Shown here piece by piece: positions 21,880 to 32,544 of a stretch of 32,544 nucleotides of DNA. The notes under the pieces were generated by a model. That model ran no database searches. It was not told where the DNA came from and worked only from the letters and a program-made list of their open reading frames with translations. The translations under genes were made by a program, and so were the position numbers. Positions within the stretch are counted from its first letter, which is position 1. The number at the start of each line of letters is the position of its first letter. The DNA comes from Macrostomum lignano (lineage: Eukaryota): contig NIVC01002465.1 in NCBI GenBank assembly GCA_002269645.1, positions 1-32,544 on the forward strand, written 5' to 3'.

Positions 21880-22592
21880 TTTCAAAATCTCATCTAGAGA
21901 TTCCTAAATCTCAACTAGAGATTCCTAAATCTCATCTCGAGATTTTTAAATTTAATCTGAAGATTCCTAAATCTCATCTTGAGATTCCTAAATCTCATCT
22001 TATCTTAAGATTCCTAAATCTCATTTTGAGATTCCTAAATCTCATCTTGAGATTCCTAAATCTCATCTTGAGATTCCTAAATCTCATCTTGAGATTCCTA
22101 AATCTCATCTTGAGATTCCTAAATCTCATCTTGCGATACCTAAATCTCATCTTGTGAATCCTAATTCTCATCTTGAGATTCCTAATTTTTTTCTTGAGAT
22201 TCCTAAATCTCATCTCGAGATTTCTAAATCTCATCTGAAGATTCCTAAATCTCATATTAAGATTCCTAAATCTCATCTCGAGATTTCTAAATCTCATCTG
22301 AAGATTCCTAAATCTCATATTAAGATTCCAAAATCTCATCTCGAGGTTTCTAAATTTAATCTGAAGATTCCTAAATTTCATCTCGAAATTTCTGAATCTC
22401 ATCTTGAGAATCCTAATTCTCATCTTGAGATTCCTAAATCTCATCTTGATATTCCTAATTCTCATCTCGAAATTTCTAAATCTCATCTTGAGAATCCTAA
22501 TTCTCATCTTGAGATTCCTAATTCTTATCTTGAGATTCCTAAATCTCATCTTGAGATTCCTCAATCCCGTCCTGAGATTCCTAAATCTCATG
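21880..22592. repeat. 21-bp minisatellite (GAGATTCCTAAATCTCATCTT), ~33 copies, 3' of arrestin
   Basis: Direct periodicity; it produces the spurious ORFs 21995-22621 and 22154-22720. Confidence 0.96.
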
Positions 22593-23469
22593 ACACACAT
22601 TTTCAAATCGACTTGACCCAATCTGATAAAAACTTATTCACCTTCAAATGTGATTTAATTTTAAGTTTTGTGAATAATAAACTGGAATGTAGTTATGAAA
22701 AGAAGAGAATATTGTATTGAGCTATTTTAATAGGCTTATTTATGAGTACAGATAGTGAGAGTTGTTCAAGTTATTAACTGTTGTCAGTTGTTGCCAGCAC
22801 ACTTCTCTACCTTGTTTATTTGTAACATTTTTGCTATTTCCACTGCTATGTTGTTGTTGGCTTGTCAAGTTGTTTTTCATGTTTATATCAATAATTAATA
22901 AATCAGAAAAAAAATTATCTTGCGTTTTCCCTCCTGGATTAGGAATTGGTTTTCTTCTCTCAATTGCGCAGATTCCCTCGAAAACAATAGTTAATCCATA
23001 TTTTACTGCTTTAAAAGTGCAATTCTGCTTTGGTCAGATGCCGTCAGCTGAAAATACATATTTATAAATACAATAATTATATAATAATTGTTCAAACTTT
23101 GAAGATTTTTATATCGGTGTTCTTTTTTAAACCCTTTCTAGTCATTCGATTTGTGACTCTGATTTTAAGCACACTGCGCTTGAACTTTTTGCTGTGAGCT
23201 TGATTTTGCGTTTTATTTATTTATTTATTTACTTAGTTTTCTTATTTATTTACAGGAGAGCTTTGGGGATGTGAGACGAGAGTTGATCAGCATCCAGTCT
23301 ATGGCCCAAAGGGGGTTTGTGGAGCCGGACAGATTTCCCATCGGGCAAACGTGGATATGACAGACCCCTTTTGTGCCATAGACAATGAAAGGCAGGTCTT
23401 CGCAGGTAGCTTGATTCTAGGATCAACAGTACCTTCTCAAACAAGAATCAAGTCGCCAGCCCTCCGAAC

Positions 23470-23720
23470 CGTCGAGATATTCAACAATTCTGCCAGAAGG
23501 TCGGATTATTTCCATAAGCGCCATGTATTCAGTACACCCCTGTGCGCCAATCATGCGCCTCAGTGCAGCCTTGCCAAGCCTCCAATTTTCATCAGCACAT
23601 CGACCACATGTGTCTGCATCAGCTCTGACTTCGTTGGTCACTGGCCTTCACCCAGACGGAGCTTCTGGACCTTCAACAGGTGGCACCAGGTGACTGTGGA
23701 CACCCTGATGCGAATTTCTC
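23470..23720 (-). mobile_element. Degenerate Gypsy-like LTR-retrotransposon integrase fragment (HHCC zinc finger region)
   Basis: Across shifting minus frames: SHQGV..RSRSSVW..TNEVRADADTCGRCA..RP-WQ-IV. This resembles the H-x-G..RARxSVWWPGMxxxV..CxxC..RPWQxV pattern of Gypsy integrases. Confidence 0.45.
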
Positions 23721-24399
23721 TTGTTTCACTGATCCAGCCTCGACAGTGGGCAAGCCTCAACTCCCGGACATCCTCAACTGGTCTCACAAACATTCAGACA
23801 TTACCCCGACATTCAGACATCCTGTTGCAACTGTGTCCGATTTTTCTTTCCTGGGCGAAAAATGGGCTTGGGGTAAAATTCCTACTGTTAAATTGCTTGC
23901 GTCCAATTTGTTTGTCCGGAGTTTTGCACGCAATTTAAATTGGACTCCTGACTGACTGACTGACTGGCTACCAGGATGCTGATTCAATCAAAGTTGATTT
24001 TCAATTTTTGTGTCGCATCTTGCGCGCTTGGTAAAAGTTGGCCGAATTTAATTTAATATTGCTGCCTGCTTTGGGTCACGTGACTGCTTTGAGTCTACTG
24101 AAGTGCATGAGGCTTTCTCACAAATTGCAGTCTCAGTGTGAGTGCTTGTTTTGGAGAATCTGAAAATTCTTGCTAAACTAAGTACTTCTTGAACTTATAA
24201 ACGCTCGTACATGCATTGTGTATGGTTTTTTAATGCAGTAAAGCATCAAAATTTGAATGTCACTTTTAAGTTACTTTCTACGTCACTCTCAATCCCATTC
24301 ATTTTCACCCTTTTAGTCACTTTTTGAGTCGCTCTCGCTCCTTTTCAGTGTCACTCTCTTTCACCTCACTTTCTCTTTCACTACTCTCAATCATTACTC

Positions 24400-25970
24400 A
24401 GTATCTTTGAGTGCCACTCAGTCATTTTCAGTGTCTCTCTCACTCACTTTTAGCGTCACGTGTCACTCACTTTCAGAGTCACTCTCTCACTCACTTTCAG
24501 TGTCACTTTTTCACTCACTTTCAGTGTCACTCTCACTCACTTTCAGTGTCACTCTCACTCACTTTCAGTGTCACTCTCTCACTTGCTTTCAGTGTCACTC
24601 TCTCACTTGCTTTCAGTGTCACTCTCTCTCTCTCACTTTCAGTGTCACTCTCTCACTCACTTTCAGTGTCACTCTCTCACTTGCTTTCAGTGTCACTCTC
24701 TCACTTGCTTTCAGTGTCACTCTCTCTCACTCACTTTCAGTGTCACTCTCTCTCACTTACTTTCAGTGTCACTCTCTCACTCACTTTCAGTGTCACTCTC
24801 TCACTTTGAGTGTCACTCTCTCACTCACTTTCAGTGTCACTCTCTCACTTACTTTCAGTGTAACTCTCTCACTTTGAGTGTCACTCTCTCACTTTGAGTG
24901 TCACTCTCTCACTCACTTTCAGTATCACTCTCTCACTCACTTTCAGTGTCACTCTCTCACTCACTTTGAGTGTCACTCTCTCACTCACTTTCAGTGTCAC
25001 TCTCTCACTCACTTGAAGTGTCACTCTCTCACTCACTTGAAGTGTCACTCTCTCACTTTGAGTGTCACTCTCTCACTCACTTTCAGTATCACTCTCTCAC
25101 TCACTTTCAGTGTCACTCTCTCACTTTGAGTGTCACTCTCTCACTCACTTTCAGTGTCACTCTCTCACTTTGAGTGTCACTCTCTCACTCACTTTCAGTA
25201 TCACTCTCTCACTCACTTTCAGTGTCACTCTCTCACTTTGAGTGTCACTCTCTCACTCACTTTCAGTATCACTCTCTCACTCACTTTCAGTGTCACTCTC
25301 TCACTTTGAGTGTCACTCTCTCACTCACTTTCAGTGTCACTCTCTCACTCACTTGAAGTGTCACTCTCTCACTTTGAGTGTCACTCTCTCACTCACTTTC
25401 AGTGTCACTCTCTCACTTGCTTTCAGTGTCACTCTCTCACTTGCTTTCAGTGTCACTCTCTCTCACTCACTTTCAGTGTCACTCTCTCTCACTTACTTTC
25501 AGTGTCACTCTCTCACTCACTTTCAGTGTCACTCTCTCACTTTGAGTGTCACTCTCTCACTCACTTTCAGTGTCACTCTCTCACTTACTTTCAGTGTAAC
25601 TCTCTCACTTTGAGTGTCACTCTCTCACTTTGAGTGTCACTCTCTCACTCACTTTCAGTATCACTCTCTCACTCACTTTCAGTGTCACTCTCTCACTTTG
25701 AGTGTCACTCTCTCACTCACTTTCAGTATCACTCTCTCACTCACTTTCAGTGTCACTCTCTCACTTTGAGTGTCACTCTCTCACTCACTTTCAGTGTCAC
25801 TCTCTCACTCACTTGAAGTGTCACTCTCTCACTTTGAGTGTCACTCTCTCACTCACTTTCAGTGTCACTCTCTCACTCACTTTCAGTGTCACTCTCTCAC
25901 TCACTTTCAGTGTCACTCTCTCACTCACTTTCAGTGTCACTCTCTCACTCACTTTCAGTGTCACTCATTC
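24400..25970. repeat. 24/20-bp minisatellite (CTCACTCACTTTCAGTGTCACTCT) with 68-bp and 460-bp higher-order structure
   Basis: Repeat ORF starts are spaced 68 bp apart (25174/25242/25310; 25634/25702/25770/25838). Identical 60-aa repeat ORFs start at 25174 and 25634. Confidence 0.97.
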
Positions 25971-26754
25971 TCAGCCGAGTTTTGACTTCCAGTTCTCTTC
26001 TATCAACCGCATGCCGAGCTCGGGGAAAAATTGGTTAGAAATTTTTTACCAGGCACAAGTAGCCAGTCATTTACTGTTTGACCAAAAAATTTTTTCTGGA
26101 GCGGAGCTGATCGCGCCTGCACGGCTCCCCACCGCCCCTGCTCCAATTTAGCGGCTATGCAAATTGGACGCACAGCAATTTTCGCGTGTGTCCACGCGAT
26201 GCTCTGTGCCTTTCCGTTGCATCAGATGAAGAAGGAGGCTGGCTTACAGAGAGGAGCAATGCCTATGGTTATAGACAAGTGCCGTTCTCAGAATCCACAC
26301 CATGCTGAGCGGCCGGTGCAACTCCCCCTACACCGTAGACTCAACTCATTCCGCGGCCATTGTCGAATCGATTGCGGCTTGGGCCGGGCAGATACTGAAC
26401 TCTCTCCAGACGATGAACTGATAACGGACAGCGGCCGCGTGGAGAGGCCTGCCTGCTGAGCCAAAAAATCGAAGTTTCCTCTCGGCTCTCTCGTCTATAT
26501 AATTTTCCAATAACTTGACTAGCTCTGAATATCTTTTCCCTACTTTTGGTCTATGAGGTGATGTTGGGCAAATGAGGGGAGGCTGGGATAACTTTTTCCG
26601 AGTTAAGTAATAATTATATAGTGCCAGGAAAAGTTCAGGCTACACTTATTTTGGTCAAGAATTGCTTTGCATCATTGCTACATGTTACTAATGTTCGCGC
26701 AGTGGGGTGTAGACAGGAACTTTCATTAGAGAGCCGTCTGCATTTATTTGGGGG

Positions 26755-27420
26755 CGTGGGGTGCGCCACTTCTTTGAGAGAGCCGCCATTTTATTTGGGA
26801 GAGTCGCCACTTCTGTGAGAGAGGCGCCACTTTATTTGAAAGATGCCGCGAGGCGCCACTTCTTTGAGAGTGGCGCCAATTTATTTTAAAGAGGGGCCAC
26901 TTTACTTCAAAGAGGCGCCACTTTACTTCAGAGAGGCGCCACTTCTTTGAGAGAGGCGCCAAATTAGAGGCGCGTCTTTGAGAGAGACGCCACTTTATTA
27001 GAGAGAGGCGTCACTTTATTTGAGAGAGGCGTCACTTTATTTGAGAGAGGCGTCACTTTATTTGAGAGAGGCGCCACTTTATTTGAGAGGTGCCACTTCT
27101 TTGAGAGAGGCGCCACTTTATTTGAGAGGTGCCACTTCTTTGAGAGAGGCGCCACTTTATTTGAGAGGTGCCACTTCTTTGAGAGAGGCGCCACTTCTTT
27201 GAGAGAGGCGCCACTTTATTTGAGAGAGGCGCCACTTTATTTGAGAGAGGCGCCACTTTATTTGAGAGAGGCGCCACTATTTGAGAGAGGCGCCACTTCT
27301 TTAAGAGAGGCGTCACTTTATTTGAGAGAGACGCCACTTCTTTGAGAGAGGCGTTACTTTATTTTAGAGAGGTGCCATTTCTTTGAGAGAGGTGCCACTT
27401 TATTTAAGAGAGGCGCCAGT
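26755..27420. repeat. ~19-21-bp minisatellite (GAGAGAGGCGCCACTTTATTT)
   Basis: About 30 tandem units with degenerate edges. Confidence 0.94.
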
Positions 27421-29578
27421 CCCAAGGAGCGTCAGCACCAAGGGGCACCAATGCAGGGGGGGTCTTTGAGCACTAAGTGCCGAAAATCAAGGTAGCAGTC
27501 GCTCCCGCAGCCAGAGAGCAGGCAAGCAGTTGCGCCTAATTATGGCACTCATCACCGAGCACTCTCAGACACACTGATACACACCCTCAATTAATTCAGT
27601 TCTGCACATTGAAGCTGGTAGAGATCGCATAATTACGATCTGCGAAACAGTTACGATTTTGCACCTTTAGAACCTGAGCAGCACACAGCAGTATATAACT
27701 GAGAAACTCTCAGAGAATAATGAAGATAGATTATGTAGATACATATATACGACTGGGGTTGGAGTACAGATTGGTAATCAGGCTGGTATTGTGCATTCCC
27801 AGTTATTATATCGCAGTTTTATTTTGGCTCGATACCCTTGCACAGCCTCCTGCTATAGAGTGAGAATTTGGCTTCATCCCAATTATTTTGGAACATCATC
27901 TATCTTGTCAGCTGGACTTCAGCTAAGCTCTCTGGGAATTTGGTATCTGGCTAAACTTCGATGCAGATCAGGCCATGGACTGTGCTAATGTAGCTTCCGG
28001 AATAGAAATCCATTGCAACAACATACGTTTAGACCACACACATTATGCATATTTGTCGGTTTTATTGATTTGTGTATTGCGGCAGTTGCCAGTTGTGTGG
28101 ATGATTAATTTTGGCAAAGGTTTTTCCGTTTTGTATTTGATTTATTATTGAAATATTGTTTCCACCCACGATTCCAGAACTCCATGGCTTGGCCAGCCAA
28201 TTCAGCAAGTTAAAGAGGCGGTTTCTAGTTCGGCTCTGCCTCTCGGTCTCCCCATCCACTTCCTTGCCCCATATTTTCACTCTTTGCATCCCCATTTATA
28301 AAATCGGCCCGAGGCACGCACCGCGGGCCGCGAATTCCTTTTTACAAGCAGAACGCAAATTTGTGGGATTGTTGAAACACAGCCCTGCTGCCGATTTTTA
28401 ATTAATCTGCACCCATTACTAAAAACTGATGGGCCGATTTGTATGCCGATTCGATTCCGCGCGCCATCGTAAAAAACCCATGCATGCGTGCACTTTTAAC
28501 TCGCTTTTCAATGAGATTGTATAAAAAGAGACAGAGGGAGAGAGAGGGGGAGAACGCAACTCAGAAATGCTGTATGCCAATTTCGTTAATGCATTTCTTT
28601 CCCCATAATAAATTTCCAAAGCTCTCAAATACCCGGGGGGGGGGGGTGAATCATCTGTCCCCCTTTTTTGAATGAATTTCATACCACGCCATATCCCTTG
28701 GATATCCGCGATCCCAGTCCTGCAAAGTGGGATAGAGTCCAGGCTGGTGAGTCAAGTAGGGGGAAGAGCTGAGCAGCGGTGGGTGACCCGTCCGTCTTCC
28801 ATCCGGGATCTCCGCTGCCAACTGATCTCCGCTGTCTGCTGCTCGCTCTTTTTCTTGCCTAATCGACTGCCTCGAGGAGGCTGGGGATGAGGATTCTCGG
28901 GGGTGGACGTCCTCGGAGCTTGGGGTGGCTCCTTTTTAGCTCATCATCAACAACCTGTCCTTCTCCCAGCCCCACCGCCCTCTCTCAAAACCTTTCTCTC
29001 AACTCGAACTCTTCTCTGCTAACCCACACCCCCGACCTACGGGCGCGCATTCGACTCAACTGCAGATGGCTGACTCCCTTTCCCTGTCCTCTGTTCCCCT
29101 CCAGCCCCCTCCCTGTCTCCCTGACTCTGCGTGCCTCGCTCTCGTCCTTTTCCCGAGCTTGCGCGGCCTGAGCTCGCGCCGAAGCCCCCCCCCTCCACAG
29201 CACCAACACTGGCAGAGTGCGACAGAACGGGCAAACAAGACTTTAACGCTGGGTTATCGATGGACGATATTGGGCGGGAGTTTGGGGAAGGGGATGTCCA
29301 TCTCTACCCACTCTCACTTCTCCAAACCTCTCTCCATCAATCCCGCTTCTCTGGACCCTCTCTCCCTCTCTCTCTTACCCCCTTGACTGCCGCCACGCCT
29401 CTGAGGTTAACTAGTCGCCAAGACTTCTTAGCAGTTCAACCCACTCATCCATCCTTAACACTGCCGATCTTCTCAAGTTAATAACTGTACTGATTTGGCT
29501 GCCTTTCTTGTAACTGCGATTCTATTAACCTGGAGCTAAATATTGACTGAACTGACTGCTCAGTCGCGTCAGAAGAGA

Positions 29579-29858
29579 ATGGTGTCTCAGGTGCCAAGCG
29601 GAGCGGCTGCCGCGGCGTCGGCCTGCGGCAAGAAGCGGGCTCTGGTGCACATGATGTGCATCAACGCGTGCAGCGCCTTCTTCATCCTGACGGTTTCCGT
29701 GTCGACCGACTTCTGGATCTACACCTTCGAGAGGGAGACGAGCGTCAACGGGACAACGAAAATCAACGCCATGCACTCGGGCCTGTGGCGAAAGTGCTTC
29801 GAAAGGAAAACCATGCCAGCTGGGAAAAAGACTCACTTTGTGTGGACTCAGGAAGCCA
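29579..29858 (+). CDS. PMP22/claudin-superfamily protein, CACNG/TARP (stargazin)-like, first coding exon; the remainder was not identified in this window
   Basis: MVSQ..hydrophobic TM1 (CINACSAFFILTVSVS), then STDFW and HSGLWRKC (the W-x(n)-GLW-xx-C signature), ending at an A|GTGAGT donor (phase 1). Confidence 0.75.
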
Positions 29859-30084
29859 GTGAGTATCAATTGCATCGTTCTGTGTTTGTTTGCCATCGAT
29901 TTCTCTTGATGATTAATGTCCAACACATGTTTTAGTTGAAATATCCGGCAGCAGAGACAACTGCAGCTATCACAACAGCTCACACGTTGTTGCGGCAATT
30001 GCTTTCATTGGCCGAAAGAGCAACGAGATTAAGCCCACTGATATTCGTAAGTTTACCTACTGTTGCAGCAGCTGTAGTAGTGGG

Positions 30085-31015
30085 TACGTCTTTGTGGGCA
30101 CGTCTTTGAGTTGCATGTCTTTGGGTTGCACGTCTTTGAGGGGCACGTCTTTGAGTTGCATGTCTTTGGGTTGCACGTCTTTGAGGGGCACGTCTTTGAG
30201 TTGCATGTCTTTGGGTTGCACGTCTTTGAGGGGCACGTCTTTGAGGGGCACGTCTCTGAGTTGCACGTCTTTGAGGGGCACTTCTTTGAGGGGCACATCT
30301 TTGAGGGGCACGTCTTTGGGTTGCACGTCTTTGAGGGGCACATCTTTGAGGGGCACGTCTTTGGGTTGCACGTCTTTGAGGGGCACGTCTTTGAGGGGCA
30401 TATCTTTGAGGGGCACATCTTTGAGGGGCACATCTTTGAGGGGCACGTCTTTGGGTTGCACGTCTTTGAGGGGCACGTCTTTGAGGGGCACATCTTTGAG
30501 GGGCACGTCTTTGGTTGAACGTCTTTGAGGGGCACATCTTTGAGGGGCACGTCTTTGAGGGGCACGTCTTTGAGGGGCACATCTTTGAGGGCACGTCTTT
30601 GGGTTGCACGTCTTTGAGGGGCACGTCTTTGAGGGGCACGTCTTTGAGGGGCACATCTTGAGGGGCACGTCTTTGGGTTGCACGTCTTTGAGGGGCACAT
30701 CTTTGAGGGGCACATCTTTGAGGGGCACGTCTTTGGGTTGCACGTCTTTGAGGGGCACGTCTTTGAGGGGCACATCTTTGAGGGGCACGTCTTTGGGTTG
30801 CACGTCTTTGAGGGGCACGTCTTTGAGGGCATATCTTTGAGGGGCACATCTTTGAGGGGCACATCTTTGAGGGGCACGTCTTTGGGTTGCACGTCTTTGA
30901 GGGGCATGTCTTTGGGTTGCACGTCTTTGAGGGGCACGTCTTTGAGGGGCATGTCTTTGGGTTGCACGTCTTTGAGGGAGACGTCTTTGAGGGGCACGTC
31001 GTCATGGGCACGTCG
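30085..31015. repeat. 15-bp minisatellite (CACGTCTTTGAGGGG / CACGTCTTTGGGTTG), ~60 copies, probably intronic
   Basis: Direct 15-bp periodicity; all overlapping ORFs are repeat translations. Confidence 0.97.
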
Positions 31016-32544
31016 TTAGAGGCACGTCGTTAGGGGCGGGCACATCCTTGGGGCCAAGTCTTTGTAGGCACTTATTCAAGTCAGCTTGCGCCACGCAAAC
31101 TACTGCAGAACGGTATCTTATATTTTTTCAAACTAATGGGGAAGGGCCGTGCCTCTCTGCCCTACTGGCTGCGCTACTGACCTAATCTAACCAGCAAAGG
31201 CACAGCTAAAAGTGGCAGCTAAAATGAACAGCTTACAAGCGCACTTAATCCAAACACTAATTCGATGCTAATCCACTCACGCTTAGCTTCCCTAACTCAT
31301 AGTCTTCAGAACTTGCATTCGATCCCTGAGTTACTAGTGGAAGGCAGGATGGGACGTCCCGCACGGTCTCACACGCTGGCATTCGAACCACCCGGCGGCA
31401 GTGGCCCTAACACCCACGCTAATTCCCCAGTCACTTTCGCTAAGCCTGCTAGTCTGTACGCGGCGCAGAAAAAGTCATAACTGAAGACTCGTCAGACTAG
31501 GAAATGGGCGCTTGGTCAGCCAGCTGGGGACACCTTCTTCTCTTCCTCTGTTCTCCTCATTTTCGTCTCTCCCTCTCTAACATCGTCTGGGGAGTTTCGG
31601 GACCGTCTTTGGAGGCCCGAGAGCCAGTGGCCAGTAATATGACAGCTGCCCTATGGGACCGGATATTGGATAATTCATCTCGCCCCGGGCGCAAAGATAA
31701 AAAGTTGGTAGGCAAAAGTTGGGACTCCTCCAGCTGCCGCCATGTACCAGACTCGAACTGGCGAATTCCATGGGACCAGCTTCATTAATTCCATGGCTGC
31801 CAGACCTTGGGTCGCCTTTTAAATGACTCCCTCGACGGTCTTAAATCAAAGTATGACTTTCAGCGCCATTCTGTCTCTATTGGGTAAACAAGCACTTCTG
31901 CACAGATATGCAGTCTCGGGACTATTTGGTACCATCTATTCCTGCATCTCTCCGGATTTATGGCTCTCCGAGGCGAGACAGGGCAGTAGAGAGAGACGCG
32001 GATGGAAGAGAGTGCTGAGTCTTCTCACCGGACCTTCTTTGGAGAAAAAACAGTTCCCACTGCGCGCTTGGCATAAATATGTCATACTGGGAGAACTATT
32101 CCGATTTAATGCACGTGCGGAAGGAGCCCGACGGCTTTGGCTCCGAGCTCAGCAGGAGGAGAAGCCGGATGGAAGCTGCCTCTGAATTAGTGATTGACAA
32201 GGAGGACTTGCAGCGGGTCGTCTTCGGTTCCGATATTTTTTCTTCGTCTTTCAGACCAAATGCATGTGGTGTGGGTGCCTAGGTGCAATCTCGAGTGCGA
32301 ACTGGTTTCCATCGGTATAGTAGCCGCCTCTTTGTCTTTCTTAGTAGAAATTTGAGGCCACAGGACCTAATAGGATCAAGGATTGCTTGAGTAAGATCTG
32401 CGATCGATGTCTTGTTAATAACACTCTTCGTTCGATGCTTTTAAAAACAGAAACTACAGTTGGCTAAAGCCCCTTGGTGCTTAAGCCCTTTGGTGCTAAA
32501 TTGTGCTACAGTTTCGCAACTTTGTAACTTGAGTTGTTTATTCC

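Noticed and set aside
9530-31019. Long repetitive ORFs in the track (KGDSRG, PQCTLAL, MRFRNLK, SLSHSLSV, KDVPL/KTCPS and similar) as repeat proteins
   Set aside because: They coincide exactly with minisatellites, are open in several frames and on both strands, and lie in introns or intergenic DNA.
31200-32544. Further exons of the CACNG-like gene, or a TE, in the 3' end of the window
   Set aside because: No frame gave recognisable claudin TM2-TM4 or TE motifs.

Overview
Eukaryotic (metazoan) genomic DNA. The GC-rich, intron-poor exons embedded in dense minisatellites resemble a Macrostomum-type flatworm, but that is inference only. Three + strand genes are recognisable. (1) A Neuron navigator/UNC-53/Sickie-family AAA+ gene (5296-9382; one intron at 7568-7881; a frame break near 6470). 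(2) A complete three-exon beta-arrestin/Kurtz gene (17826-21582) whose two introns are mostly minisatellite. (3) The first coding exon of a claudin-superfamily CACNG/TARP-like gene (29579-29858). About a dozen mostly unrelated tandem arrays (15-89 bp units) fill roughly 28% of the window. The main discovery lies where the ORF track shows almost nothing. Bases 1-~4020 are a sharply bounded domain nearly devoid of CpG (about 5 by hand count) and enriched in TAG/CTA. Manual translation through stop codons recovers a near full-length mariner transposase (minus strand, 2358-1366) and a LINE fragment. Both were destroyed mainly by C>T/G>A transitions on both strands, including CG>TA double hits and conserved Trp TGG>TAG changes (CpA targets). 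This looks like RIP-like repeat-directed hypermutation, a process established in fungi and, to my knowledge, not in animals. All counts are manual and approximate; no database searches were run.
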